Notes under the pieces: model-generated
Database searches by the model: none
What the model was told of the DNA's origin: nothing
The model's input: only the letters and a program-made list of their open reading frames with translations
Position numbers and translations under genes: made by a program
From: a virus
Reading direction: 5' to 3' (one strand)
DNA length: 64,000 nucleotides
Virus record (IMG/VR): IMGVR_UViG_3300003310_000098
Span: 28,717 to 92,716 of that record
In this document: positions 17,864-27,724 of the stretch, one piece after another
How positions within the stretch are numbered: the stretch's first letter is position 1
Layout: the number at the start of each line of letters is the position of its first letter

Positions 17864-18628
17864 TTTTACCTCATATTCCCTTAGATTCAAATAGTAAAAT
17901 GGAAGTTTAGGCATTTCTTTGTTTGCCCAAGCAAAGTCCAAAAAGTCTTTATTATCCTTGCTCCATATTTTGAATCTTTCAACTGGAATTGCATATGATA
18001 TACCAAAGACTGGTATGGTTCTGTGGGCGCGTATGGACACCATAATTCCCACAACTTTGTATTCGTGAAATAATGGGGAACCTGAGTCACCAGGAACGGT
18101 ATGCACAGAGGTTCTAATGGTTTGTTTTAATACGTTCTTTTTAAATTGAGTTACCTTACCATAGTCAAGTCTAGGTTCGTCACCTAGACCACAGCCAATT
18201 CTAAAAACTTCATTACCTATAAATAGTTTGGGTTCAAAATCCAGAGTGGCTACTGGCATTTCTTCGTCCGAGTAGAATACGCCAATTGCTAAATCCAGGT
18301 CTTTATTCACTGCATAAAAAAACGCAGGGAATACCTTAGTTGCCTTGATTTCTGACCAATTTTCATATATAACTTGTTTTACTTCGTAGTCAAAATAATT
18401 CGGTGATTCTAGATGGGCACATGTCATAAAAACATTCTTATACTTATTATCTTCTATTTTTTCACTTTTTACAATTACGCCACTGCCGTAGCTAGTTTGA
18501 TCTGAGCGACCAACATAAATCGTTGGGTATAGGCATTTCTTATGTAAGTCTTTGTCAGGGGTGCCAGCAAATAGGAATGAAGTGAAGAGGAAAAGAAGAA
18601 TGAAAGAGGAGATTAAGAAGTTTTTCAT
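17858..18628 (-). CDS. Secreted trypsin-like serine protease
   Basis: Signal peptide; TCAH, DLDLA, PGDSGSP triad. Confidence 0.9.
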   Translation of the reverse strand: MKNFLISSFILLFLFTSFLFAGTPDKDLHKKCLYPTIYVGRSDQTSYGSGVIVKSEKIEDNKYKNVFMTCAHLESPNYFDYEVKQVIYENWSEIKATKVFPAFFYAVNKDLDLAIGVFYSDEEMPVATLDFEPKLFIGNEVFRIGCGLGDEPRLDYGKVTQFKKNVLKQTIRTSVHTVPGDSGSPLFHEYKVVGIMVSIRAHRTIPVFGISYAIPVERFKIWSKDNKDFLDFAWANKEMPKLPFYYLNLREYEVKK

Positions 18629-18678
18629 ACTTTATTTATATATTTTTCATTTGAATCTGGCTACATTAAATTATTAAT

Positions 18679-18909
18679 ATGATAAAAAACCCTTGTTACA
18701 TCTATTGGGACGATTTCACCGTTGCGGAAGCTGACCGTAAAATATACATCCAGTGTGAGTCATGCTTCAAAGAAAACAAAAAAGGCATCAAATGGTCTAA
18801 TCTATATGGCAAGAAAACCATAAAATGCAGTCTATGTGATACTATAATATACAAGAGACAAAAAAAGAAGAAAAATGAGCAAAAAAACAACGATCAGACC
18901 GCCATTTAA
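18679..18909 (+). CDS. Zn-finger protein
   Basis: CESC, CSLC. Confidence 0.65.
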   Translation: MIKNPCYIYWDDFTVAEADRKIYIQCESCFKENKKGIKWSNLYGKKTIKCSLCDTIIYKRQKKKKNEQKNNDQTAI

Positions 18910-19681
18910 AATGCACGGTGGGAAAAATTATTTATCACCGTGGATCATTGCTCAATTCCCAGAAAATTACGAGACAATGAGCTACATTGAGCCTTTCTGT
19001 GGAGGCGCAAATGTACTGCTACATAAAGTTCCATCTCAAGAAGAACTCATTAACGACCTTGACAGCAACATAATTCTTATCATGCAGATGATAAGGGATC
19101 AGTTAGGCGAATTTGTCAAACAAGTCAAGAAGTTAAAATACAAAGAAACAACCTTTCAAGCTGCTTTGGAAAAAGTAGAATTTGAAAGTGACATGGACAG
19201 GGCTGTAAATGAATTTGTATTAAGAAGAATGAGTCGTGGGGGTATGAAAAAAGCCTTCGCGTGGTCAAATAGACTCAGAGGCAATCAGCCTGGAGATGTT
19301 AATGCTTGGAAAACAATTATTGAACAATTGCCAAAAATTAGTGATAGACTTCAGAACGTGTATATCATTAACCGTTCTGCTCTGGACATATTAAAAGTCT
19401 TTGACGATGAAAATGTTTTGGCCTACGTTGACCCTCCTTACTTGCCTGAAACCAGGGAATCTCCAAATGTATATGATTTTGAAATGAGTATAGAAAAACA
19501 TATGGAGCTTGCAGATGTTCTAAATGCATTCAAAGGTAAGGTCTTAATTAGCGGGTATCCTTCACGTCTGTATAATAGGCTTTATAAGGATTGGAAGTGC
19601 GAAAGCAAGAAAATAGCCAATCACTCATCTCAACAAAAAATAAAATCAACTAAGACAGAATTGCTGTGGCGAAACTTCTAA
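18875..19681 (+). CDS. dam: DNA adenine methyltransferase (Dam/D12 class)
   Basis: GGK, EPFCGG, INDLD, DPPY. Confidence 0.92.
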   Translation: MSKKTTIRPPFKMHGGKNYLSPWIIAQFPENYETMSYIEPFCGGANVLLHKVPSQEELINDLDSNIILIMQMIRDQLGEFVKQVKKLKYKETTFQAALEKVEFESDMDRAVNEFVLRRMSRGGMKKAFAWSNRLRGNQPGDVNAWKTIIEQLPKISDRLQNVYIINRSALDILKVFDDENVLAYVDPPYLPETRESPNVYDFEMSIEKHMELADVLNAFKGKVLISGYPSRLYNRLYKDWKCESKKIANHSSQQKIKSTKTELLWRNF

Positions 19682-19688
19682 ATAAAGC

Positions 19689-19961
19689 ATGAACTTTAGA
19701 AAGTTTTGCGAACAGGAATGGGGCGGTGCTGGCTTTGTCGGCTCCGCTGATACCATTTTGAACACGCCAGATTACTGGCACAATAGCCGATATTTAGGTC
19801 CAGGTGATAATAAAGAACTTCGCAGTCCTAATGGAGACAAAATTTTCAAAGGTAAAAAGAAGAAATTCATGGGTAAAGAGGGAGATGATTTAAGTAAAGT
19901 GGAAAAATTATTCAAACTTGAACCAACTTATGTAATTAAAAACATGAAGAAAAAGGATTAA
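19689..19961 (+). CDS. Putative head-internal protein
   Basis: MNFRKFCEQE; TAAATA 4 nt before ATG. Confidence 0.7.
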   Translation: MNFRKFCEQEWGGAGFVGSADTILNTPDYWHNSRYLGPGDNKELRSPNGDKIFKGKKKKFMGKEGDDLSKVEKLFKLEPTYVIKNMKKKD

Positions 19962-19964
19962 AAG

Positions 19965-19972
19965 TATAAATA
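19965..19972 (+). promoter_or_regulatory. T4-type late promoter
   Basis: TATAAATA upstream of AGGAGG RBS. Confidence 0.6.
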
Positions 19973-19993
19973 CATTAATAAGGAGGTTAGTTT

Positions 19994-20284
19994 ATGAACA
20001 ATCCAACGTGGCCAATTTATACATTTAAGGTCAATTTGATTGATCCAAGAAGGAATTCTTGGTCTTTGCCTAATAACACTCAGCCAGAAGGCAATGAAAC
20101 GGTTTCGGAAGCAAGCGTTATCCCATCCACTTTTACAGGTTGGTTGGCGCAACTTCTTCCAGGTTTTGAGTTTATTACTCTTCACCAGGACGGAACTTTC
20201 ACTGCTTACGGTGAGAAAGCAACATATTTGAAGAAGACATATGTTCAGGCAGATGGTCAAGGTGCGCTATCAATAGTGAGCTAA
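19994..20284 (+). CDS. Hypothetical late protein
   Basis: AGGAGG RBS. Confidence 0.8.
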   Translation: MNNPTWPIYTFKVNLIDPRRNSWSLPNNTQPEGNETVSEASVIPSTFTGWLAQLLPGFEFITLHQDGTFTAYGEKATYLKKTYVQADGQGALSIVS

Positions 20285-20285
20285 T

Positions 20286-20573
20286 ATGAGATTTTTAGAG
20301 GCTTGGGAGAGAGTGCGGCAATTTGCTGAAGAGAACGACAGTGCTGCACTTTCCGCTATTACTACTGGACAGAATGTAGCAGAAGACTTTTGGGATAATT
20401 TCATAATGGTGTGCAACAATAAAGAAGGTGTTGCTGCATTATTAGGTGTTGCTCCAGAGAAAGTTGCAGGATGGCCGTCCATTGTTAAAGCTGCAATGGA
20501 TCAAGCCGAGCCAGAAGATACGGATCAGACAAAGACAAGTTTAATACATACGGGACAACAAGGGGATATATGA
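20286..20573 (+). CDS. Putative head-internal protein
   Basis: MRFLEAWE. Confidence 0.7.
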   Translation: MRFLEAWERVRQFAEENDSAALSAITTGQNVAEDFWDNFIMVCNNKEGVAALLGVAPEKVAGWPSIVKAAMDQAEPEDTDQTKTSLIHTGQQGDI

Positions 20574-20914
20574 TAATAAGTTTTCAGCAATGGAAAGAGG
20601 GAACCAGAATAGATGAACTTGGTGGAGTTGGTGAAGTAGGTGCAGCACCGATTTCTAGTCTTAACGTGGCTAGAAACCGTACACAAGGCATGAGAGAACT
20701 TAGGGACTTGCCCGCTAAAATAACAGCTTTTGGTGCCAACCTTGCACAAGCTTTAATAGCATTAGAACAAGCAAAGAAAGGTAATGCAAGAAAGTTCGTC
20801 AATAGATTGATTCAGACATTATCGGCAAGTGGTGATATGGATTTGAGTGCTTTGAGAACTATGTTAATGCAAGGAATTAGAGCATTCCCACAAGCAGACC
20901 AACAAGTGCAATGA
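20570..20914 (+). CDS. Putative head-internal protein
   Basis: MIISFQQWKE. Confidence 0.7.
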   Translation: MIISFQQWKEGTRIDELGGVGEVGAAPISSLNVARNRTQGMRELRDLPAKITAFGANLAQALIALEQAKKGNARKFVNRLIQTLSASGDMDLSALRTMLMQGIRAFPQADQQVQ

Positions 20915-21960
20915 AAAAAGTAACGCAGCAGCACACAAGGAACAATTTTATTCCGCCTGCTGCCTTAAATTTACAGCAGCAGGTGCGAAATATTCCACCT
21001 GCTGCTGTAAATTTTGCTAGACCCAATCACATCCAACAGAACTTCAAACGAGAAGTGCCTGTAAAACAAAATTTCAGAAGAGAAATAGCTAAAGTAGGCC
21101 CAGCAACACCAGCCTCAGACCTCATAGATAAAATCAAAATGTTTATGACTTCAGACTCAAATTTATATTTAGGGTTTGGGGGGCTTGGAGATGCTTTATT
21201 ATTACTGGCAACTTGTTGGAATGACCCAAAAGCTAAAATTGTATATTTTGCTAATTACATACCTTTTGTTAAGCAATTTTTCGAACTATTTGGCAAGGCT
21301 GTATATTTAGAAAGAAACATTATGGGTACGCAAGTGGCTGGGCAAATATTTGAGTTAATGACTCATAGTCCAAAATTCAAACAGTCTGCTCATTTGGCGG
21401 ATGGTCTATATTTTGGGGATTGGAAGTTTGAAGATAAGTATATGCCAAGAATTGTGGGCCATGTTCCTTGGAAGGAAATGCTAGGCACGTTTAAAACAAA
21501 GAAACCTATCCTCATTCTATGCCCTTCTGGTTCCCACCGAGATGAGAATAGACAAAGATATATTACGCCAGAAGAATATAAGTCTTTGGCCAATAAAGGA
21601 CTAGATGATGGGTATGAAGTCTATGCATCTGGCTCATTATCTGATTTGCATTATTATGGTCTTATGCACAGAGAAAGCTTTCACTGGATGACTGCTGAAA
21701 ATATCTATAATTGGAATGGCACTGTTGAAAACAATAGCCTTAAAAAAATGCTACAAATCATTAATGGCGCAAACAAAGTGATAAGTGTGGATACCTGGCT
21801 CAAAACTTATACTTTACTGTGCGATATAGAAACAACAGTCATACAAACTAGATGGCAGGGTAAATACCTGCCATACGGGGAAGACGTTACTGACTGGATA
21901 TTTCTAAATAATAAAATATGGCCAAATCTTAAAATAGAGCAAGTGGAGAACCTACTCTAG
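20911..21960 (+). CDS. Glycosyltransferase, GT9/heptosyltransferase-like
   Basis: GGLGDAL, LCPSGS, VISVDTW. Confidence 0.7.
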   Translation: MKKVTQQHTRNNFIPPAALNLQQQVRNIPPAAVNFARPNHIQQNFKREVPVKQNFRREIAKVGPATPASDLIDKIKMFMTSDSNLYLGFGGLGDALLLLATCWNDPKAKIVYFANYIPFVKQFFELFGKAVYLERNIMGTQVAGQIFELMTHSPKFKQSAHLADGLYFGDWKFEDKYMPRIVGHVPWKEMLGTFKTKKPILILCPSGSHRDENRQRYITPEEYKSLANKGLDDGYEVYASGSLSDLHYYGLMHRESFHWMTAENIYNWNGTVENNSLKKMLQIINGANKVISVDTWLKTYTLLCDIETTVIQTRWQGKYLPYGEDVTDWIFLNNKIWPNLKIEQVENLL

Positions 21961-22443
21961 ATTTTTAATCTCATCCCTAAGTTTTGCAGCTAACTCATAG
22001 TCTTCTTTTTTAATAGCTTCATCTAAAGCCTTCTTTAAGTCCTTAGTGTCGATCTTTTTTGGTGACTTGCCAATATGTTTATAAGCCTTATGGAAATTCA
22101 TGATGAAGGGTTTTAATTCCTCTTTGAAAGTTGTATAACAATCTGGACAGCCTATTCTACTGGTGTTGGCAATATCTTGAATAGTCATGCCACAAGTGTT
22201 ACAGGCTTTCATATTGTTCTTAATATACTGCTCTTGTTTGTGTTTTATTATGTTGCTAATCAACTCAAATACGCTGGTTACTTCCGCTTGTGCAACAGAA
22301 GGATCATTTTCATTTACATATTGCACACCGCAAAAAACGCACATATTTTGGCAACTTTTTGCGGTGTAGTCCGAATTAACTTCGGTAATATGTATACACT
22401 TTTTATGTGGACACGGTTGACCGTTTAGTGGACAATTTTCCAT
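21952..22443 (-). CDS. mcsA: McsA-like protein (CxxC Zn motifs + UVR domain)
   Basis: CNTCGMT...IGCPDCYTTF, HIGKSP, AIKKEDYELAAKLRDEI. Confidence 0.82.
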   Translation of the reverse strand: MENCPLNGQPCPHKKCIHITEVNSDYTAKSCQNMCVFCGVQYVNENDPSVAQAEVTSVFELISNIIKHKQEQYIKNNMKACNTCGMTIQDIANTSRIGCPDCYTTFKEELKPFIMNFHKAYKHIGKSPKKIDTKDLKKALDEAIKKEDYELAAKLRDEIKNLE

Positions 22444-22973
22444 TACTTATCTCTTTTAATTAATTTGTTCTTATCGTTATAAGTCTTGATGGTTTTCATG
22501 AAGAATTCTTTTTCATCATTTGTGAACTTATCAGGATACTTCTTGAATAGTTCAGCTGCCAAACCTTCTAACTTAACTGCATTTTTTTGCCTTAATTCAA
22601 ACAATTTCTTACTAAATTCTTCTACATCTTTCTTGCTCGCTTCGTCTTCTGAATCAGGAGTTTCTTCGGCATTCTTTAACTCTTCTTTCCACTTTTCTTG
22701 GGTGTCGCCAAGGTCAACTCCTAATGTTTGCCCGTGGAAGATTTTCAAAATAGCTCGTTCCATTTCACTGAAATCTGTGAACTTCTTTTTCTCACTTGTT
22801 TTCTTGTTTGTGAATTCATGATTTTCAAAATATTTATCTGTTGAATATTGGTCAACTATTTTTTCAACATTTTTCAAATAGTTATTGAAATCCTTTTTTT
22901 CTCGCGCAACACCAAGGCTGGCGAAGCCCAGCAGGAAAGCCATTGCCACTGTAGAAGCTCGTAAAATGTTCAT
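22443..22973 (-). CDS. Secreted helical hypothetical protein
   Basis: Signal peptide, K/E-rich. Confidence 0.75.
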   Translation of the reverse strand: MNILRASTVAMAFLLGFASLGVAREKKDFNNYLKNVEKIVDQYSTDKYFENHEFTNKKTSEKKKFTDFSEMERAILKIFHGQTLGVDLGDTQEKWKEELKNAEETPDSEDEASKKDVEEFSKKLFELRQKNAVKLEGLAAELFKKYPDKFTNDEKEFFMKTIKTYNDKNKLIKRDK

Positions 22974-23013
22974 GTTTTATTCCTTGTGTTAGGGATACAC
23001 TAACATAGTATCA

Positions 23014-23958
23014 TTATGGATAAGTTCCATCAATAACAATTTCAAAATCATCCAAAAGTTTTGACATTTGGCCATTTCGAGCCATAGGTCCGTATGCTGG
23101 GTCTGGGAAAGGCAATGTTCTCCTGATCCATATTGGCACATAATCTCCTGGCATTAAGTTACCTATTCTTATAGGATTACCCCTAAAATAATAGTCAAAA
23201 GGTATGCCAACTGGTGCTGTAATCTCACTGCCAATAACTGTTGCTGTGGTGTTTACAGGACTTCCATCCTGTACGGGGAGAGGGGTTACTGTACAATCTT
23301 GTAGAGTATTGAAGTTCACACTAATTAGGTCTATAGCACGATGACTGGACTGCATCCATCTGGAGTGGTCCATCGTACCGTGGTGGCCTTCATTTGTAGT
23401 TTCATGACCGCCATAATCAATGGTAAATGTTACGTTGGGCACTGTGCCTACTGCTGTAACAACAACTTCTGACAGACCTTCCACTGAACGCATAGCTGTC
23501 TGAAAATTGCCTACCCATTTAGTGATGTTCGGGTCAAAAAAAACTTTGAATGGCGAAGGGTAGCCAGGCACTTGTAATTCAAAATATTGTCCTTCAAATG
23601 GTGGTGCAGGCCCAACAACAACAACCTGTTGAATTTCATTTTGAAGAAAAACGCCGATAGCTGTATAAGTTCCGCCACGTTTGCCTGGGACACCTCGGCC
23701 TGTACCATTAAAATATATGATCGCATTTCTGATAGTAAATAACTCAGATTCATTTTTTATATAAAAACATCTATAGTCTTCATGTCCTTTCCGACTTAAT
23801 TTAGGACCAATGGAGTGGAATAAATTATCAGTGCTGCCGCATGAAATGTTACAATCAGATATTGGCCCACCTAAGTCTTGGCATGGGTCACAATTAGTAG
23901 GCCCAGCTGAATGTTTATAAACTAAGCAACCATCACAACTGGCTGGTACACATGCCAT
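23014..23958 (-). CDS. Putative virion/tail accessory protein
   Basis: NLF...DYRCFYIKN, IGNL.PG...WIRR; paralogue of 23969..25360. Confidence 0.7.
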   Translation of the reverse strand: MACVPASCDGCLVYKHSAGPTNCDPCQDLGGPISDCNISCGSTDNLFHSIGPKLSRKGHEDYRCFYIKNESELFTIRNAIIYFNGTGRGVPGKRGGTYTAIGVFLQNEIQQVVVVGPAPPFEGQYFELQVPGYPSPFKVFFDPNITKWVGNFQTAMRSVEGLSEVVVTAVGTVPNVTFTIDYGGHETTNEGHHGTMDHSRWMQSSHRAIDLISVNFNTLQDCTVTPLPVQDGSPVNTTATVIGSEITAPVGIPFDYYFRGNPIRIGNLMPGDYVPIWIRRTLPFPDPAYGPMARNGQMSKLLDDFEIVIDGTYP

Positions 23959-23968
23959 ATATGAACTC

Positions 23969-25360
23969 CTAAGTTAAAGGCCAATTTACAGCCGTCGCTG
24001 TAAGTCTAATATTGAAATTTACCTGCCAACATGGTGGTGCGCCTGGAGGTATTATTCTTTCACACCATAGATAAAATCCTTCGTTAGGTTTTAAATTACC
24101 AATATATTTAGAATTCATGTCTAGTGCAGTCGTGTCTGGTGCCTCCGTATCAACCTTTATTGGCTTTGCGTAAGTATTAATTGGACTACCCTGAGTTTTT
24201 TTATAAATACAAACTTGGCAATTCTTATCAAGAATTGGAGCTTCAACAACTCCCCAAGGCACAGCTAGTGGTGTATCGGTTTCTGGTGAAATAGAGCCTC
24301 TTTGCCAATTTTGCGGGTCATCAACATTGCTTACAGGTGGACAAGTGCCTATAAATCCCACCATATTGAACGCCAATGGAATTGACAGATTAAATATGTC
24401 ACCACTAAAACTGTTATAAGGATATCCATCCCATATGCCAGTTAAAGGATTGTATATTCTCAATATTCCAGATGGTTGCACATAATCACTTATAGGGTAA
24501 ACAGTTTTTACTGAAAAATCACCATAACCATTCCATGTATCACATGAATAATAGGTAACAGTATTATACCTGCCAACTCCTTTTACTAATAAATCATTTT
24601 GCACAACACGCATTAATTGCACGTTTCTATTGCCTACTTCACCGTTAAAAGTAACCTCATAAGGATTACCGCCAGCCACTGTAACAGCACTGCACCAAGG
24701 TAGAGAGGCCAAAGCAGCTTGTAAATCAGTACCAAACTGTGCAAAACTTCCTTTCCAGTAAATGGTAAATGGCGGGCCAAATTCTGTGTCAATTATAACA
24801 AAGCCTCCAGAATCAGGTTCGCCTGGATTAAACATAAGGGGGGCAAAACCAGGATTGGTTTGCACCCCACCTGGACCTGGACCTGCGCCACCATCTCCTC
24901 CACCGCCACCGCCACCGCCACCGCCACCACCTGGACCTGGAGCTTCTGGGGTTGGAGTGCCGCCTGGACCTCCATAAGGATTTTCTACTAAAACCTCATG
25001 ACAATCAATATGAACTATTTGAACATCATTTACGAGCTTTGAGCCAAAATTTATTATTGGACCTGTAATTGAAACGCTTGCGCAAGGTGGAGGGCATTCT
25101 GTAATTTCCACAGTGGCATTTTCTATGGCTGTAGTTGGGCTAGGATTCCAGATGTAGAAACAACGATAGTCAGTTAACCCATCACTAGCCTCTTCAGGCA
25201 TAACGTCATCAAATAAATTGTTCATGACGTTAGGAAAAGGTGGAGGTGGGTCGGGGCGGTTTGACCCTGATAGGCCAAATTTGGAAGGAAAACTTCCTAA
25301 ATCATTGGCAGGTTCTTTGTTAAAAGCACCGCCTGAATGCAACCATTGTAAATTACTCAT
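23969..25360 (-). CDS. Putative virion/tail accessory protein with poly-Gly insert
   Basis: NLFDDV...DYRCFYIWN, IGNLKP...WCER. Confidence 0.7.
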   Translation of the reverse strand: MSNLQWLHSGGAFNKEPANDLGSFPSKFGLSGSNRPDPPPPFPNVMNNLFDDVMPEEASDGLTDYRCFYIWNPSPTTAIENATVEITECPPPCASVSITGPIINFGSKLVNDVQIVHIDCHEVLVENPYGGPGGTPTPEAPGPGGGGGGGGGGGGDGGAGPGPGGVQTNPGFAPLMFNPGEPDSGGFVIIDTEFGPPFTIYWKGSFAQFGTDLQAALASLPWCSAVTVAGGNPYEVTFNGEVGNRNVQLMRVVQNDLLVKGVGRYNTVTYYSCDTWNGYGDFSVKTVYPISDYVQPSGILRIYNPLTGIWDGYPYNSFSGDIFNLSIPLAFNMVGFIGTCPPVSNVDDPQNWQRGSISPETDTPLAVPWGVVEAPILDKNCQVCIYKKTQGSPINTYAKPIKVDTEAPDTTALDMNSKYIGNLKPNEGFYLWCERIIPPGAPPCWQVNFNIRLTATAVNWPLT

Positions 25361-25653
25361 TTTACTTTAGACAAAATATACCTAACGTTCCTGACAGTAT
25401 AACCAGTCAATTCTGCGATTTGGTTAATGTTCATTCCATAATTATAGAATTCAATTACATTTTTATGGTTTGTTTTTAACCTATTAGGGTGTACGTTGTA
25501 ACTATGCAAGGTTCTGTAAATCTCGCCTATTGACTTGCCTGTTATTTCAGCAATTTCCTTTATCTTCTTATCAGGAGAATGCATGTACAAACTTACAAGT
25601 TCCTGATCGGAATAAGTATTTTCTTTGTGGTAGAATTCTTTGAAACTTGCCAT
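25357..25653 (-). CDS. Double-HTH protein with CTS-like N-terminus
   Basis: MASFKEFYHKE; IKEIAEITG and INQIAELTG helices. Confidence 0.75.
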   Translation of the reverse strand: MASFKEFYHKENTYSDQELVSLYMHSPDKKIKEIAEITGKSIGEIYRTLHSYNVHPNRLKTNHKNVIEFYNYGMNINQIAELTGYTVRNVRYILSKVK

Positions 25654-25691
25654 ACCTTATTTAGATTGAAATGCAGAAGAAATGAACTGGA

Positions 25692-25826
25692 TTATTTTTC
25701 TTCTTTGAGAGCAAACAGCATATCTTCTAGGCTCAAGCATTCTACTCTTTTATTGTTTTTTTGTGCCCATATAACTACCCTGAGCATCAATTTTTCTTTC
25801 TTTTTCAGCAACCAAAAATTTTTCAT
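25692..25826 (-). CDS. Small protein (44 aa, MKNFWLLKKK...)
   Basis: TATAAT-N6-ATG; not in ORF track. Confidence 0.6.
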   Translation of the reverse strand: MKNFWLLKKKEKLMLRVVIWAQKNNKRVECLSLEDMLFALKEEK

Positions 25827-25869
25827 ATATTAATTATAATAACATATATTTAAAAAATCAAGTATATAA

Positions 25870-25898
25870 AAAAAGGGTAGCAAATTGCTACCCTTTTT
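25870..25898. terminator. Terminator
   Basis: AAAAAGGGTAGC-AAATT-GCTACCCTTTTT. Confidence 0.75.
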
Positions 25899-25912
25899 AA
25901 TTGTCTTAATTA

Positions 25913-26728
25913 TTACTTTCTAGTTTTAGCTACATGCTTGCTAGCCCATTCCTGAAAATTACTTCCAACTTTTTGTGTTGGTGCGTAGCCAACTTCACCT
26001 GGCCCAGGTTCATTATTGTTGGTTTTATCTGGAGCAATTAGTGCATCTTCATCAATTGGAACCCAATAACCTTCGTCGTCAGCTGCAAACTTAGTTCCAC
26101 CTGTCATGCTACGAAGTTTGGACAAAAATTCATTGTCTTCCTTCTGCATTTTACTGCAAGCAGAACAGCACTTTTTGCCGCCCTTTTCTTTCATCTTCAA
26201 CATATCGGCACCATTAGCTGAATTCTGCTTCTTGCTCTTTTCATCGACAACATCCTTGCTTTCTTTCTTCATGTAAGACCTCATCATCATAGGTGACTTG
26301 GCTCCCATATCCATAGGTGGCTTTTTCTTCTTCATTGGTGGACCACCCATATCGCCGCCCATATCCCCACCACCCATGTCGTCGCCACCTTCTTCATCTC
26401 CCATTTCTTCATCGCCACCACCCATGTCGTCGCCACCTTCTTCATCTCCCATTTCTTCATCGCCAAGACCTTCTTCGTCGCCACCTTCTTCATCTCCCAT
26501 TTCTTCATCATCGTCTGCGTGTGCATCAAGGTCTTCGCCGTCTGTGGCATCAGCCCCACCCATATCAGGTGCTGGCGGGCCTTCTTCTGCGCCAGGAAAA
26601 CCTTTCTTTTTCTTCATCATGCCAAAAAGTGGCGATTCGGTTATACCAAGAACATTTGGGGATTTAACTCCAAGATTGGTATGGCCCATGTTTTCCTGTA
26701 AAAGTTTCCAAGTCTTATATGATATCAT
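25913..26728 (-). CDS. Low-complexity acidic/Gly putative head-internal or scaffold-like protein
   Basis: GGAG RBS before MISYKTWKLLQE; DEEMGDEEGG repeats. Confidence 0.8.
   Translation of the reverse strand: MISYKTWKLLQENMGHTNLGVKSPNVLGITESPLFGMMKKKKGFPGAEEGPPAPDMGGADATDGEDLDAHADDDEEMGDEEGGDEEGLGDEEMGDEEGGDDMGGGDEEMGDEEGGDDMGGGDMGGDMGGPPMKKKKPPMDMGAKSPMMMRSYMKKESKDVVDEKSKKQNSANGADMLKMKEKGGKKCCSACSKMQKEDNEFLSKLRSMTGGTKFAADDEGYWVPIDEDALIAPDKTNNNEPGPGEVGYAPTQKVGSNFQEWASKHVAKTRK
26360..26510. repeat. Coding tandem repeats DEEMGDEEGG(DDMGGG)
   Basis: Three copies of tcgccaccttcttcatctcccatttcttcatc. Confidence 0.85.
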
Positions 26729-26782
26729 ATTTGTCTCCAATAAAATCCTTATTCTTTATTTATGCTCGACCTTTTATTATTT

Positions 26783-26986
26783 CTAAGGTTTTGTAAGCAC
26801 TTTCAATAAATGTTCTCTACGAAGCCTTTCTACCTTCCTTCGTTCCTCTGCTAATTTTTGGACATTCTGCATTGCGACCACATTAGGGTGCAATTGCGCA
26901 ACTCCTTGCTGCACCATTCCAACATTATTTTGTACATGTGGAACTTGCACAGGTCTGTTTGCTCTACCACCACATCCGCAGCCCAT
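26783..26986 (-). CDS. Small protein, MGCGCGG N-terminus
   Basis: AGGAGG RBS, TATAAATA at 27012-27019 (minus). Confidence 0.75.
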   Translation of the reverse strand: MGCGCGGRANRPVQVPHVQNNVGMVQQGVAQLHPNVVAMQNVQKLAEERRKVERLRREHLLKVLTKP

Positions 26987-27024
26987 AAGCCTCCTTAATA
27001 CTTTATTTATGTATTTATAAATAA

Positions 27025-27061
27025 AAAAACCCTACTATAAAATTAGTATAGTAGGGTTTTT
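27025..27061. terminator. Terminator
   Basis: AAAAACCCTACTATA...TATAGTAGGGTTTTT. Confidence 0.75.
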
Positions 27062-27074
27062 ATAAGTATTTATT

Positions 27075-27302
27075 TTACTTAGCAGTCTTTTTGGCAGCAA
27101 CCTTGGTCGTTGAGTCCGTAAAAGACAGGTTGCAATTATACTTCATTGCAACAAGTTCGGCTGCACGTCTAAGAGTTGCTGTGTTCTCATAGAGCTTTGT
27201 GCCATCCTTCTTCTCAAGGGTTGTTGGAGCAAGGTTAGCCAACTGTACAATACCCTCATAACCAGTGCCACGCTTTCGGGCATATACTTTCATAGTTTGC
27301 AT
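27075..27302 (-). CDS. Small basic early protein
   Basis: Preceded by TTGAAA-N17-TAAGAT (27335-27363). Confidence 0.7.
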   Translation of the reverse strand: MQTMKVYARKRGTGYEGIVQLANLAPTTLEKKDGTKLYENTATLRRAAELVAMKYNCNLSFTDSTTKVAAKKTAK

Positions 27303-27454
27303 AGAAATCTCGCCTTTCATAAAGAGATAACAGTATCTTAACCAATCTCAAAATTAATTTCAAGTGCAAAATTTCCCGTAACAGGATAAATACTTTAGTA
27401 AATTTTTGACGATGACTCTATATAATTTAGGTTGTCAAAGGAGTTAGGAAATAT

Positions 27455-27670
27455 ATGAAAACATTCTTCCAATGGGCTAAGGATAAAAATCACGAAATTC
27501 CAGTAATGGAAAAGACACTTAGAACTGGCATTCACACAGCTATGCCAAAGGGATATATCCAGAGTCAATATCCAGATGCATATTTTGCGCCAGTAGCTGC
27601 CACATGGAAATTGGACCTTGATAATCTCAGTAAGGTCAAGGACAAGGCTCCACCAGATGGCGCACCGTAA
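27455..27670 (+). CDS. Small putative head-internal protein
   Basis: MKTFFQWAKD; Y/P-rich core. Confidence 0.75.
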   Translation: MKTFFQWAKDKNHEIPVMEKTLRTGIHTAMPKGYIQSQYPDAYFAPVAATWKLDLDNLSKVKDKAPPDGAP

Positions 27671-27690
27671 ATCACCCTATCTCGAAAGCC

Positions 27691-27724
27691 GAAAAAAAGC
27701 TCTACAATTGTAGAGCTTTTTTTC
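27691..27724. terminator. Bidirectional terminator
   Basis: Palindrome GAAAAAAAGCTCTACAATTGTAGAGCTTTTTTTC. Confidence 0.75.

Noticed and set aside
26298..26786. Antisense/alternate-frame ORFs over repeats and GC-rich genes (also 24762, 28700, 35044, 54802, 55309)
   Set aside because: Shadow ORFs of real genes; no RBS or independent motifs
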